Of a DNA stretch of 64,000 nt, positions 1-14,444 are shown one piece after another. Made by a program: the position numbers and the translations under genes. Within the stretch, counting starts at the first letter, position 1, and each line of letters begins with the position of its first letter. The notes below the pieces were generated by a model that ran no database searches, was not told the DNA's origin, and saw only the letters and a program-made list of their open reading frames with translations. Source of the stretch: Octopus vulgaris (Eukaryota); the NCBI GenBank assembly GCA_951406725.2, contig OX597832.1, forward strand, positions 13,392,001-13,456,000, written 5' to 3'.

Positions 1-121
1 GGACATAAAACACGTACATAAATCTCTCTCTCTCTCTATTTCTTTCTCTCTCTCCATTTCTTTCTTTCTCTCTCTCTCTCTCTCTCTCGCTATATATATA
101 TATATATATATATTTTTATAT

Positions 122-155
<34 letters not shown>

Positions 156-157
<2 letters not shown>

Positions 158-292
158 CGGATGTCTCAGTTTCCGTCTACCAAATCCACTCAGTAGTCTC
201 TTGTAAACCAAAAACTACAATAGAAGACACTTGACCGGACTGAACCCGGAACCATGTGGTTGGTAACTAAGCTTCTTACCACACAACTACGA
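156..292 (-). mobile_element. SINE family A fragment (5' half)
   Basis: Reverse complement matches the head of the repeated SINE (tgtggtaag...ccacatggttccgggttcagtcc...gagtggatttggtagacggaaactga). Confidence 0.8.
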
Positions 293-742
293 CATTTTGC
301 ATCAAGTTTGCTTGCATTATATTACGTACTCATAATTTGTTAAAAAGTGTATGCAATTGATTGAGATTTCTTATTCATAAAAGTCCGAGCATTAATAGAA
401 GTAATTCCCGAAGGATGGAATCACTTTGCTCATCAAGTGTTTCTTTAGTTAAAAAAAAGGAAGAATTATACGATTTGTTTTACTTAGGCTGTTTGTCTAT
501 TTCATATTTTCTCTCCTGTCTACTTTTATACGGTTTTCGCTTCCTATTAAGATTATATGTAATATGTATATTTCTATTCTAAATTTTATTTTTGTTTCAA
601 AAAGCAACATAGCGACATAGCTTCGAATTACTTGAACATACAAATTTTACCTGTAATGAACGTATGTATGTGATTATTGATCTAGTTATTGCCAATTTGT
701 CCTAAGCTAGCAGTAACTTTAAGACATTTTTTCTCAAATATA

Positions 743-951
743 TAGGGTGTTCAAAACGTCTCTCTGCAGTAATTTTTTATTATTATAAGGTAAATATTTA
801 TAAGATGGTATAAGACTGCAAAATAATATATTAGACTGTACAAGATTTATAAGAGGTGTTGAAAGCGTCTTCCTCCATTTTCAGTACATAAGTTGACTAT
901 TCTACACATTTTTGAAAACATGCGCAGGATGAAAATAATTTGAACACTCTG
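743..951. mobile_element. Tc1/mariner-type MITE relic
   Basis: Ends tatagggtgttcaaa ... tttgaacactctgta are inverted repeats with flanking TA. Confidence 0.6.
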
Positions 952-1689
952 TATTTTATCACAAAATGAAATAGTGATAATTTCCCTGCTTCTTTCGATG
1001 GTAACATTTTATCTAAGGAGGAATTGTGCTCGACAAAAAGACCGATTTCCTAGTCGCCACGTGATCTATTTCCCGTCCTCCATGTAGACAATATCCTGTT
1101 CGCCATTCTGTGTTTTCTAACTAACTGTTAGCTACATACCAATATCAAACCACAACACAGCGTGAACTTCCTCGACCAATCGCAGCCCACTTTACGGTAA
1201 TAACAATCAGCTTTTTTCATTCAAATTCAAAATGGCTGTCGACTAGCTTCACGCATGAAGCTCAATATTTTTTTATTATATTATATTATAATATATTATA
1301 AAATATTATGATTTATATACATTTTTACATACATGTATATTATTTGCAAACCTGTAGAGGCGTATGTTTTTAAACAAATTTATAGGTAAATATGCGTAGG
1401 CATTCATATTTCATACGTTCAATTATCTTATAGTTCAGAAAGGAAAACAGATAAAGCGTAATATATTGGTTTGCAATGACAGAACAGTTGCGTTTTTATA
1501 TGAACGCTATGAGATTACGTTTTTGTAATATAAGCATTCATTTTTATATTCCGTTTTCTCTTTTCCTGCTAATGATTTATACAATAATGAGTAAATGTGT
1601 CACGAATTTGCTCTTTTAAAATGAGTTTATCCCACACCCACGTCAGATACTGCATACATTATAAATTCAAAAGTGGTTCCTCAGTAATA

Positions 1690-2585
1690 AAAGGGGCAAT
1701 AAATATGTGTTGTGTCTAGTGAAATGAAATATATGCCAACGTTGCTTTAGCAAGTTCTAGTTGGGAGATAATTCATCCAGTGACTCTTTGGATGGAGACG
1801 ACGAAGTTTTGGCTTCTTATAACAGTTTGTTGAGAAAATTCTCAAGCAAACTGCATGGAATTTGGCAAAACAGTTCACACTTTGACCATAAAAATGTCAT
1901 GGACTTGGAAAATGTCTAAATTTTGTCACTGCCCTCACAATCTCACTAATTATCATCTTAATCAAAGTTACTTCCTGATAATCATTGAAGAATAGACATG
2001 ATGCAGAAAAATTCCAGTGTAGAGTCCTCAGAAACGTGAAAAAGAGGTTCTTTTATGATATCAAGTAGAAGCAATAATGGTTTACATCCACTGAAAATGT
2101 CGAATCCTTCCGTAAACTGGGAATGCTCCCGCAAAAATTTGATGGGATATAAAGAGTGCTGTCTATCAGGAAATGTAATACCGAAACACAGTAGCTGAAA
2201 GAAAGAAACATTGTTGAAAATCGAAAGGGTTACACAGAAATTTACAGAAAAAGTGAACAATATTGGTCAATCAGAAATGTGCGATGCGCATCTACGTCGA
2301 AGCAAGAACATATATTGAGAAAGAGAATGAGAAAAAAAGCATTGAATATGGGAGGTTTCAGTCGTCGTCAGTACTTTCCTGATTTTGCATCATATAAGTA
2401 CCACCCGTTTTAGGTCAAAGCAATACTATTCATAAGGGAAACTGCTTATTAAGTGTGAAATGTTTCAAATGGTTTTGGGCACTTCTTTGATTCGACATCT
2501 GTAAACTTTTTGCCCGAGAGATGAATAATTTTCCAAATAACCGGGATAACGTAAGTGAAGTGAAGAGAAGTAATATCTTAGATTA
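1690..2585 (+). mobile_element. Highly decayed mariner transposase remnant
   Basis: ~2370-2410 translates QYFPDFASYKYHPF (cf. mariner PYSPDLAPSDYHLF), followed by a mariner-like C-terminus FFDSTSVNFFAREMNNFPNNR; many stops. Confidence 0.55.
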
Positions 2586-2730
2586 TTTACGTTACTTACA
2601 TTAGACGGATAAGTGTCCTAATCTCTCTGTTGTTAGCACAACCTTTCGGCTGATTTACTCTCCAGTCAATTGTCCTGGTAGAATTTTGAACCCAACCCTG
2701 GGTTTTAAATTCCTAAGGTATTTTTTGCTG

Positions 2731-2774
<44 letters not shown>

Positions 2775-2776
2775 TA

Positions 2777-2859
<83 letters not shown>

Positions 2860-3100
2860 CATCATCATCATTATATTATATCATATCATCATCATCATTA
2901 TTTTTATTATTATTATTACTATTATTATTGTAATTATTATTATTATTATCATTATTGTTATTATTATAATTATTTATTATTATTATTATCATTGTTATTA
3001 TTATTTATATTTATTTATTTATTTTGCACTGCCTGGAATTGAACTCCTCAATCTTGGGTTTAGTATCCCGCGCTGTTAACTATTTCGCTATATGGCCGTG
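2583..3100 (-). mobile_element. Left copy of tRNA-like head + (AAT)n + HHR-like tail module
   Basis: Reverse complement aligns to 4192-4830; tRNA-like head 3027-3100, HHR right half gactgg...cagccGAAAggtt at ~2636-2667. Confidence 0.75.
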
Positions 3101-3199
3101 CTGCTTATTTAATTTTAGTAATATTCCAGTGGCGTTTTCTGTTTATTAACATCACCCCGCAGGGATAGGTTATCTCCGCTTTTCCATACAAGCTATAAC

Positions 3200-4170
3200 C
3201 GATTTTTCAACATTTCCTCGTGTCAAAGCTTTACGAATTTCCTCTACACATATTTTGAGTGGGCGGCATGCTTCGCCTTTGTATAACCTACCATAACAAC
3301 ATGGGCATGAGATTGACTACAAGCAATCTTTGGTCATATCCTCTTCTATAGCTGGTTTTACTCGAAGAAGATATTTGTGAAGTGTTGTATTACACTTGAA
3401 TACTGTCCTAATGTCATATGGGCCGCATATCATTTGTACCTTTTCGGAGAGGCCTTTCGCATAGGTAGAAAGACCGTCGTCAGTTTATGGGTTTCACCCT
3501 CTCCACTCTTCCTAATTGGAGTGGATAATCTGTTTTTGTGGATAGCTAATCGTTGCTTAACAGATCGTTATTGAACTTGATCATTTCTTCATGGTGTATA
3601 TCATGATCGCTACTCTTATTCTTTGCTCGGTGTTTTAGGATCTGAGGAGTCACTCTCTTTACACTGTACGGGTGGTGGGAATTGAAACTAAGTGAAGTTT
3701 GGCTTGCAGTATACGGATGTCCTTAAACAATGATTAGTGCGTGTTATCAATACATCCAGAATTGTTAGCTGATTCTCTTTTTCCTTTTACATTGTGAACT
3801 GTATAGATGGCTTTATTGAGTTTACATGATATATCAGTACTTGGACATCTTCCTGGTGGGACCAGAGTATGAAGGTGTCATCAACGTATCAAAGCCATAG
3901 GATTGGCATTAGTGGTGTTGAACTAAAGACACATTCTCAAAGCATTCCTTGCATATATTGACTATTATTGATGGTAATGGCGACCCCACAGCTAAACTCT
4001 TAGTGGACGACATACCGAATCTCTACCGCTCACTGTGGATCTTAATGAAATATCATACCACGGAGACCGCACATGTGTGGCAGCTTGCTAGTGTTGGGTC
4101 AGTTGTCTGTACTTTATTCGTATGTAGTGATCCTTGTTCTTGATAAAGATCTGTGACAACTTCCTATCTC
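3200..4170 (-). pseudogene. Decayed Penelope/Poseidon-type RT fragment
   Basis: Minus strand reads LAVGSPLPSIIVNI, PILWL*YVDDTFILWSHQE, HVNSIKPSIQFTM*KEKENQLTILDVLI, FNSHHPYSVK, which are PLE RT core and thumb motifs with stops. Confidence 0.85.
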
Positions 4171-4191
4171 TAACTGTCCATTCTATAATTG

Positions 4192-4830
<639 letters not shown>

Positions 4831-5235
4831 CACCCTCATCTCTAAAATATAGAACAGAATTATCTTACTTAAATATATCAATCCAAAGAATCATTTAACA
4901 ATTGCCTATCTTGAAGTGTGACATAGTGTTCTTTCTAAACTTATATTATGATTCTCCTACAGATATACATGGGTCGTTAAATAGTTCCTCCTATGTAATA
5001 TAATAGACCATGGTAAATTACTTCCCTCAGGTTTTAGCTGTAGTTTTTCAGATTATATTGACCAGTGTACAACAATATTTTTTGCACTTGGAAGTATACC
5101 TGTGCATAATACACGACTATCTTAAAAGTATGCATGATGAGATAGTATACGACAGACGTACATTAGACATGTATTATTTGCATGTTGCGGCACTGTGTGC
5201 ATACTCATATGTGCATGTATTAAAAAAAATATTTT

Positions 5236-5545
5236 TATTTATGCGCCCTTATCAAGCCTAGCCAGGATCATGGGCCCGGTTTCACAGTTTCTGTGGTGTA
5301 TATGTCCCCCCCCCAGCTGGACGGGACGCCAGTCCATCGCAGTGTTACTCATGAAATAGGAAGAAAGAGTAAGAGAGAGTTGGGGCGAAAGAGTACAACA
5401 GGGGTCGCCACCACCCCCTGCCGCAGCCTCGTGGACATTTATGTGTTTTTCAATCAATAAACACTCACAACGCCCGGTCTGGGAATCGAAACCACGATCC
5501 TCCGAACGCGAGTCCGCTGCCCTAACCACTGGACCATTGCGCCTC
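5236..5545 (-). mobile_element. tRNA-derived SINE family B (tail type 1)
   Basis: Head gaggcgcaatggtccagtggttagggcagcggac...ggtttcgattcccagacc with A/B boxes, shared with copies at 26028-26327 and 35035-35342. Confidence 0.85.
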
Positions 5546-7229
5546 AACAAAAAAAAAATATATATGTAGTAGTCATTAATTTGGAATTTATTGAAACGTT
5601 TTGTAGTTTCCTTTGACAATTTGTGTATGAATGCATGTAACTATACATGCATATATGAATATATATATATATATGTGTGTGTACACAGACACACACTCCC
5701 ACACACGCTCACTCGCACACATATATGCATATGCACATACAAGCATGGAGAGATGGTGGGTGTTTGGCTGAGTATGTATGTGAATGCCTGTGCATTTATA
5801 TTTTTTCCTGTGTTTCCTTTAAGATTACGCAGCAATATTTATCACAGCTCGAGATGCCATTTAGCATTGTTGTCTACCTTTATTAATGCTTTTTTAGAAA
5901 AAAAGTATTTTTCGAGGTATCTCATGTATTTAGCTTTATTTGTTTTTAACGAAGTGTCATGAAAATAAATGTTTACATTTTACTCATTATCTTCTGAGCA
6001 ACAAATGCACACAGGCACGCATTTATAAGCCTTCATTAAAACTATCTACTGACATTTCGTATGGAATATTTACTGACAAACAGATTATTTACTGTACTTT
6101 AAGCCTTTTCGTTTGTATCCCAATTAACACATCTTTACATACGTATTATCCCCAAACCTAATGAACATCGTACGTCATTACTTCTAAATTCTGTTGAATT
6201 CTGAGATTATTTGTGATGTAAAATAAGTAATTTTACTTAAAGTATTAAATTATATTCCATCTCAAAACAATTATACGTCAAAAGAATTTAAGAAAACATT
6301 AGTTATGCCTTACTACCAATATACCGAATTCGACTGTTTCCTTTCTAAAATTTATCTTTCTTTTCAAGAACTTTTTGCCATGTGTCTATATATGTTTTTA
6401 CAATGACATTTCCTTTCATCTCTTTCAAAACACACATGCAATAAAGTCGAATTTATTGTTTCATATATCAAAGTGGCTTCACGATAATATCATTCACCCA
6501 TGGAACGAGTGAGTGATAAGCAAATGAAAACATGCATCCAATAAATTGGTTGGATTACGATGCCTATATGAAATGGCGATGATATCGGAAACAGTTAACT
6601 TGTTTACACAAAACTCTCTGATACTGAATGAAGCAGGTGACTGTGCATCACTTTGTTTGCCTACGTAAAACGAAAATATTTCGTCTGAAGAAGAATGTGA
6701 TTGTAGCTTAATATCATGTGAATAGTTGGTGTGTATCAAATATTAGAGAGGCCAGTTTATTCTTCAGAGAATACTCCCCTACATTTATTTTTCGCAAAGC
6801 AAAATAAGTTGTATTCTTGAACGAAAAAAGAAAAACAAATTATGGGAATTGTGTCAAATATATTTTGTTTCAAATAATTTTGTCGTATCTGTAACAGAAA
6901 TAGCCAGCATATATATGTTTCAACCTTGTTTTAAGTTAAACTCCCCTCTTCTTCCTTCTTCTGCTTCTCCTTTCCTTAATGTTACAAAGGTCTTACTGGA
7001 TACATGTATAACATCTAGGCTCCATTTTCCTGGACATTATAGACAACACTTAGTTACAAGAGAGAAAACCACTATAAGTGGCTGTTGATTTTAGAATGTC
7101 ACGTACATGGTGCTCCTAAATATTTAAATACTTCCTGCCCAGATCCAAATGTGAAAGTTAGAATCCCCGCAATAACAAGAAAGGTTCTCGTTTTTAAGAT
7201 ACCACTACATTTATTATTATAATTATTAT

Positions 7230-7706
7230 TGACTGAGCGAGCAGTGCATGCCATCAAAGTGACATTGGGGCAAAATATACGAAGCCCATTATACCCATCA
7301 TGACTACCCGTCTGATAAGAGTACAACAAGTACATGCATCACAAACATACGTGCGCGACATAGTATTCTCATATCAAGATGAACAGCGCCTGACCTTGAA
7401 GGTGGGGCCCAGTTAGAATTTGCTTCTGGTCGAGTAGCCCCTCCTGCTCAAAAGGTCTCTAGATAAGGATTGTTCAAGGATGTTGAACGAACCAAGCTTC
7501 TAAGAATTCCTTTCAACACACGGCTATGATGTTCCCCACTACCTCTGCTCATGATCAGGGATGCACACATCGTCAGCCACCAAGGGACATGGTCAACTGG
7601 CTAAGGCCAAACAACTGACAAGCAAATCTGTGGTATTGAGCAGAATATTTTCTGTAGCCCATCTTTTATACCAGTTAAGAGCCATTGCCTGGTACTGCAT
7701 CAGGGC

Positions 7707-7709
<3 letters not shown>
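7230..7709 (-). mobile_element. Non-autonomous repeat embedded in (ATT)n, possibly an R4/Dong derivative
   Basis: ~480-bp complex sequence bounded on both sides by ATT arrays, next to an R4-like relic; ancestry inferred only. Confidence 0.35.
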
Positions 7710-7767
<58 letters not shown>

Positions 7768-7816
7768 GTTATTATTATTTTTATTATTATTATTGTTGTT
7801 ATTATTATTATCATTA

Positions 7817-7847
<31 letters not shown>

Positions 7848-7894
7848 TATTATTATTATCATTATTATTATTATTATCATTATTATTATTATTA

Positions 7895-7926
<32 letters not shown>
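7710..7926 (+). repeat. (ATT)n microsatellite
   Basis: Directly visible. Confidence 0.98.
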
Positions 7927-7929
<3 letters not shown>

Positions 7930-7934
7930 CTTAT

Positions 7935-9000
7935 TGTTCTTATTCCTTCGTAACACAGTGCAGGTAAATATGCACCGGAGTCTTTAGTCATCTGTCAAGT
8001 CACAAGAAGGACCTCAGACAGATAATACTTTCCTCAAGTTGTGGGCTGTGCCCAGTAAGGCTGCTTTTTGCAAGACATCAATCTTGCATGGAATTTCCAG
8101 TTGACTTTAACGTCTTGAAGTTTCAATGGGATTGAGTCCAACGATCCGATCGCCACTAATATCATTCCATACAGTCTTGCCATTTCCACTTCCAATTCGG
8201 AGTACTTGGTGATATTTTCAATCACTTTACTCACAACATTCATGTTATTTGGTATGGCTACATCAATGATCTGACAGTATTCAACTCTTTTATTCAATAC
8301 GACATATCCGTCAGACGGTGTTCGATTACACGATCTTTCTGAAAATCATAGTCACAGAGTATGATTACTTTTCCATCCACACGCATAACTTTATTTGGTA
8401 CATGCTCATACCAGTTCTCTGTTACTTCATATTGGTATTTACGGTCAATATTTTTCTTTCTTAATTAACACTATGTCTTCTATCTCATGGTGGTATTGAA
8501 ACATAAAATTCCATAGGATGTTTGCAGTATGATTGTCGATGAAGATACATACACACGCTTTATCGTGACGGCGCTTGTATTATTGTTGTGCAAGGCTTTC
8601 ACATCCATTTACCAAGTTGGTCACACATTACACACACTCTCCACATAGTTTGCATTTCTATGTGTCAGAAGATTTATCGATGTTATACTTCTCTGAATTG
8701 GTAGCGAGAGCCTGGTTTTGTGCAACCATGATCAGGCCTTCGCTGTTACTCTTCAAATTACCTCGCTCAAGCCATGCCCACGAAGCAGAATTATCATTAA
8801 CGTTTTGTATATTTATTTCAAACAGTCCATGTATTCTCATTTGAAGAAGGTCTTCTTTTCTCTTTTCAACTATGTGGTTAAACGTTTCCTTGGCTATAAT
8901 TTCATTTGTATTTCAGCCCAAACACTCGGCAAGCGCCAAATTTATTGGATAATTCTACAAATTTGAATGGGGTTACGTTCTTATGTATAGCAAGACAACT
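7935..9000 (-). mobile_element. R4/Dong-clade non-LTR retrotransposon 3' remnant (CCHC knuckle + restriction-like endonuclease)
   Basis: EGLIMVAQNQAL, KCKLCGECV*CVTNLVNGCESLAQQ*YKRRHDK, IIDVAIP...ITKYSELEVE...VAIGSL, QKAALLGTAH-like; 3' end abuts (TAA)n, the known Dong target. Confidence 0.85.
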
Positions 9001-9087
9001 TATTTCATGTTACACTTGATTTTGCCACGTAAACGTGCTATTTAATCAGTATGGACAATATAACATCGTTTCCTGAGATCACTGTCA

Positions 9088-9328
<241 letters not shown>

Positions 9329-10559
9329 AAAATTTTACATTGTATATAACTAATAAAGAACGTGATATAAGAATAGCAAGTAGTTATATTTTAAAGGTGT
9401 AATGATTTAAAGCTGAATATCCGATTTTGCGAATTCAATAGCTCCCTGGAAACAATGTAATTTTCAATAGAAAAACAAGTTACATCAGCATTTTCCTTTT
9501 CTTTTGTGGATTGAAAACTTTTGAAACAATGAAACAAATTCGTTTCAAACGTTTGAATCACAAAGAAATATTGTAATAAAATTACGTTTACAGATCCTAA
9601 ACTTTGCATTGACTTAGCAAAAGATGTGATTCGTTTATAAATTTAGAATCTGTAAAATATCATATCTGGATCTTTAGATATTTCTATCCTGCATTAATTT
9701 CTCTGTCGATTTCGTGTCTCCTCAATCTTGGATACAATAACGTTATTAAAATTATAGCGGGTGGGTATATTAGTAGAAATGAAATCTTGCTTCTGTGCAT
9801 CATAGAATATAAGAGTAGTTCTGCTAGAGATAAAATTAACATTATGGTGAAGATATTTTTCTTTGTTTATGTGTATATTTTGTTCTGTTAATGAATATGT
9901 AAAAAAGGTTGATTTTATAGAAAATGTAATAAATATAGGAAGAATTATAATTGTATAAATTAGTAGATAATTAAATATGAGAAAATTATTTTTAAAGAAT
10001 AATGGGAAACGATATGTGAAATTATACCAAATCCTGGTAAAATTAAAATTTTGCCTAACGTAGAACTGATAGGCAAATTTCAGCATTAATTCCTTAAATA
10101 TGTAAAAAAAATAATAAAACGATAAAGTAACCCCAAAATTTAAGATTTCCAATTTCGAAATGGACAAAAAATCATTTATTGTTTGTTTGGTAATTTCAAT
10201 GAACGGACCAGATAAAAATGCCGCTTAAACCTAATTGTAGGAGGTGTATTTACATTATTAGAAGAGGTAAAATACTTCGAGATATTTTAGAGGCGCAACA
10301 GAAAATATTGCAACGTAAATGTATGTGTATATGTGAATTCAATGTACATGCTGCACAGTGTTCACATTTAACATTTACATGTAATTTGTATGTATATTTA
10401 TTTTCTTGTGTGCTTTAAATTATGCTTCGAAATTCGTATTGATTGCGTAGATGTTGTCCTTCACGCATTCCCTTCCGGTCATTCAATATGCGACCGTGAG
10501 TGTATCGTCGGCAATTTTTTTCCTCCGTCTTCCTTTCCTTGTATCTTTTCTGTTTCTAT

Positions 10560-10594
10560 GTTTCTGACGAAGTGCTCCGCTCGAAACGTTAAAT
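10560..10594 (+). ncRNA. Minimal hammerhead-like motif in a PLE-type tail (~10480-10695)
   Basis: tttCTGACGA-agtgctccgctc-GAAACGTT-aaa with palindromic helix III (AACGTT); tail ends in (TA)n. Confidence 0.6.
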
Positions 10595-10707
10595 CCTCCT
10601 TCTGCCTTTCTTTTCCTGAGCGTCCAATAACACTATACTTGTTCCACGTCCTCGTGTTGTGTTTTCTCCTTGTGTTTTCATGTTTGGAATAACTATATAT
10701 ATTCCAT

Positions 10708-10899
10708 AGGCGCAGAAGTGGCTGTGTGGTAAGTAGCTTATTTACCAACCACATGATTTCGGGTTCAGTCCCACTGCGTGGCACCTTGGGCAAGTGTCTT
10801 CTACTATAGCCTCGGGCCGACCTAAGCCTTGTGAGTGGATTTAGTAGACGGAAACTGAAATAAGCCCGTCGTATATATGTAGTATATATATATATATAT

Positions 10900-10955
<56 letters not shown>

Positions 10956-11184
10956 ATATGTGTGTGTGTGTGTTTGTGTGTCTGTGTTTGAACCCTTGCA
11001 TTGCTTGACAACCGATGCTGGTATGTTTGTGTCTCTGTTACTTAGCGCCTCGGCAAAAGAGACCGATAGAATAAGTACTGGGTTTACAAAAGAATAAGTC
11101 CCGGGGTCAAGTTGCTCGATTAAAGGCAGTGCTCCAGCATAGCCGCAGTCAAATGATTGAAACAAGTAAAAGAGTAAAAAGAGT
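10708..11184 (+). mobile_element. SINE family A, full length with internal (TA)n(TG)n
   Basis: tRNA-like head, CORE-like gcaccttgggcaagt, internal microsatellite, (GAGTAAAA)n tail; more than 10 copies in the window. Confidence 0.9.
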
Positions 11185-11669
11185 ATATATATATTTGTGT
11201 CTACAGTCATATCGCATGACTTGTATTATCTATACGGAGAGTTATAACGATTATTCATGTATATTTATAATGAGACATGCCTCTCCAAAAATGATTCTTG
11301 TGTTGAAGAATTCGCTTAACAACCACCATATTCTGCATTCCTTTCAATTGCACCCTAACTTATACAACCTATTTTTTTCTTATGCGTTATCGTTTAAAAA
11401 TCCACCCCCGTTATATAAACTCTAACATCGATTTCTATCCCTTTAATGAATTAAAAAAATCTACTCTGTGAGATGAAAACAAATAATGACCTCATTAAGG
11501 TAAATATTGGGAGCAGATAGTTCTTTTTCTCTTCTCATGTAATAATTATACGAAGTTATATAAATATATATCACCACTTGGCCAGTGTGCATCTATGTGT
11601 AATTCGTCGCAGAGTGAGTTTGTATACCGGCAAATTTATTTATTTGACTATGTGTCTGAATATCTTGTA

Positions 11670-11680
11670 TATATACATAC

Positions 11681-11718
<38 letters not shown>

Positions 11719-11752
11719 CACATGTATATATGTATATATATATTTATATATA

Positions 11753-11832
<80 letters not shown>

Positions 11833-11856
11833 ATATATATAATATATATATATATA

Positions 11857-11914
<58 letters not shown>

Positions 11915-11915
11915 G
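11670..11915. repeat. (TA)n microsatellite
   Basis: Directly visible. Confidence 0.97.
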
Positions 11916-12871
11916 TATATTTGAGTTCATTTGTTTTCTGTACAGAGCTAAGAAAATTACTGAATAAAATCTGTCCACACTCGACAACAATCATCTCCTG
12001 GAACAAAGCCAAACAGAGTCTTAATGATCGAGGAAAAGAAAGATTGTAGCGAATTCTACTCATTTCAATTGTCATATGTCATGCCTGTCGAAAAACAAAT
12101 AAATAATCTTACAAAAGCAAATAAACAAAAATATATCAATATATTTTTGGCACAATACACTAAGTATAATTTCTTCCTATGATAATTTATATGAATCATA
12201 GTTTTTTTTTTTACATTTTCTTTCATCTTTATAGACTAAAGAATATATCACGTTATTGAAACGTAATGCGAAATATATATTCTATACATCAAAGCATTGT
12301 TATTTTAATATTGAAACTAGAAAAGCAAACACCAGAAAAAAAATAATGAGAATAATTTAGGGTGGTGCTACAAACGGAAAGAATAAGTTTAGACAAATAA
12401 TTCAGTCTTCATTGTCACCTTCACCATATTAGCAAATATCATCAAAGTGTTGATGAGATTTGAGATAGAAATTTGATGAAACAAAAAGAAGCATAAACGG
12501 TGAAGGCAATACTTATATTTATTTATCGAATATAGACGATTAAATGAAATGCTGCCAAAGCTTTCATACCATTTATGATGCAATATTTATACACAAACCA
12601 AATCCTACCGCAACTCGCATATATTCTAATAAATACATACATGGATATATTTATGTATGCATGCATTCATACATACATAGATTCATAGATATATACATAT
12701 ATGGTTCATAAGTTTGTCTGTCTGTGTATCTGTCTGTGTGTGTATTCATAGGTAAAAAAAATTCAGAAGGAGATTCCATGTGTTGGTAAATCTAAAATAA
12801 GATTTAAAGTGGAAAAGCACAGAAATCTTATTCGTATTGCTTAAAATTATTTAATCCATTACAATATGTAC

Positions 12872-13600
12872 AAAGTCGACCGGTTTCGCTTTGTTAATCA
12901 TAACTCAGTTATGAATTCATAGTAACTTTTTGATATAATTTTCCGTAGAAGCAGGTATGATCCAAGTTTGCGCTTATACCGGAGAGTATAGCCCATGGAG
13001 AATAATCTGTGAATATAATGTATTGTAGCTAAAGAGATAATCAGTGGATGTAATATTTCTGAGCTAAGAGGAGGTAAATCGTTTTTTCCTATTTGCAGGT
13101 TGGTTGTTAATTGTGAATTCCATTATATATTTATGTTAAGTAGTGGTTTGTGTCTTTCAATAAATGTAGCCTTTTCATTTAGTCGTTTTTGAGTCGAGAT
13201 ATAATATAGTGGGAATAATGTGAATTTTGGTTGGCGTTCCTAAGCACATCTGTCTGTGTGACCACTGAGTCGTATTTGACGGTACTGGGGTGGTAGATTT
13301 GTTGTCTGTGTAGTGTAGATCTAAGTCTTGGGGACATTTGCGTCGAAATTCTATTCACCCACAAAATTATTGAAAGCAGCAAACAGCCAAATCCATTGAA
13401 GCGTATACTCACAAATGCAAAACTATACTAAAAAATAACGGAAGCAAGAGTTACAAATTGTGGAGGACCGAACTGTGGAACATGTCCCAACATAATGGAA
13501 GGATCAGAATTCCATCTGAAACAAGAGAAACAAGAGCAAACATTTAAAATGGAAACTGACTTCATTGCAAATCTCGTCTATGTCATAACATTTTCCGGCT
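12872..13600. mobile_element. Rearranged Neptune-like PLE remnant (Cys linker and GIY-YIG start on +; EN C-terminus, 3'UTR and HHR on -)
   Basis: Plus 13440-13600 VTNCGGPNCGTCPNIMEG...NLVYVIT; minus ~13240-13330 RLRSTLHRQQI; minus 12872-12929 aaagtta-CTATGA...GAAACCGGTC-gacttt. Confidence 0.65.
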
Positions 13601-14313
13601 GGAGTCTTTGTCTCTGTGTGCCTATGCATCTATGCGTATGCGTGTTAATGTCGTGAAATAGAATAAACACTGGATACAGCTACTGTCTCATTGACGATGC
13701 ATGCTTTAACAAGTTGGTAAGATCTTGTATTGACTCATAGATGACTACACATTTCTAGTTTTGTTTTGTATTATTTTCGTGACGTGTAGCATATAATTTT
13801 AAGGTCTTCGTCAAGTGCAACTACCGTTTTGTATATCCCTCTAAAATAGATTTCCATCTCAACAGTTGTTGAGTACTTAGATATGAAGACAATTATTCCT
13901 CTTGTGGCGTTGATGGAATTGTTTTTATATCATAAATCCAAGTTGGATGAATTCAACCACAAAAAGTGCAGGTAAGGTTGTGATCCTTTCAACACGAATT
14001 TCCATTCTGTATTTCATGGGGTAATTTAGCTTCCCTTCTTATTTGTTATGTTCTATGATTTAGCATATTTGTTGCCATATTTCTGTTGGTATATCCAGAA
14101 ATTGGTTCCAAGAATATTGAAAATAATTAAGAAAATGGGTAAGGTAATTTTCTTATTCTTAATCTGGAAATTAGAAGAAAATTAACGTGATACATTGATG
14201 GATATTTTTAGTTTAAATCCCATTAAAACAATAAGTTTGTATTATGTTGCCTGGGGTAGAATAATACAAACACGGATTTGCCTCATGCAATGACATGAAA
14301 TCTCAGTTCTATG

Positions 14314-14444
14314 TTGCAATGAGAAAGCCTAACAATGAGAAAGCCTTGCAATGAGAAAGCCTAACAATGAGAAAGCCTTGCAATGAGAAAGCCTAACAAT
14401 GAGAAACCCTTGCAATGAGAAAGCCTAATGAGAAAGCCTAACAA
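14314..14444 (+). repeat. 16-bp minisatellite with alternating variants (CAATGAGAAAGCCTAA / CAATGAGAAAGCCTTG), ~8 units
   Basis: Directly visible. Confidence 0.95.

Noticed and set aside
14314-14444. Possible CRISPR array
   Set aside because: Contiguous tandem units without unique spacers, in eukaryotic context with no cas genes.
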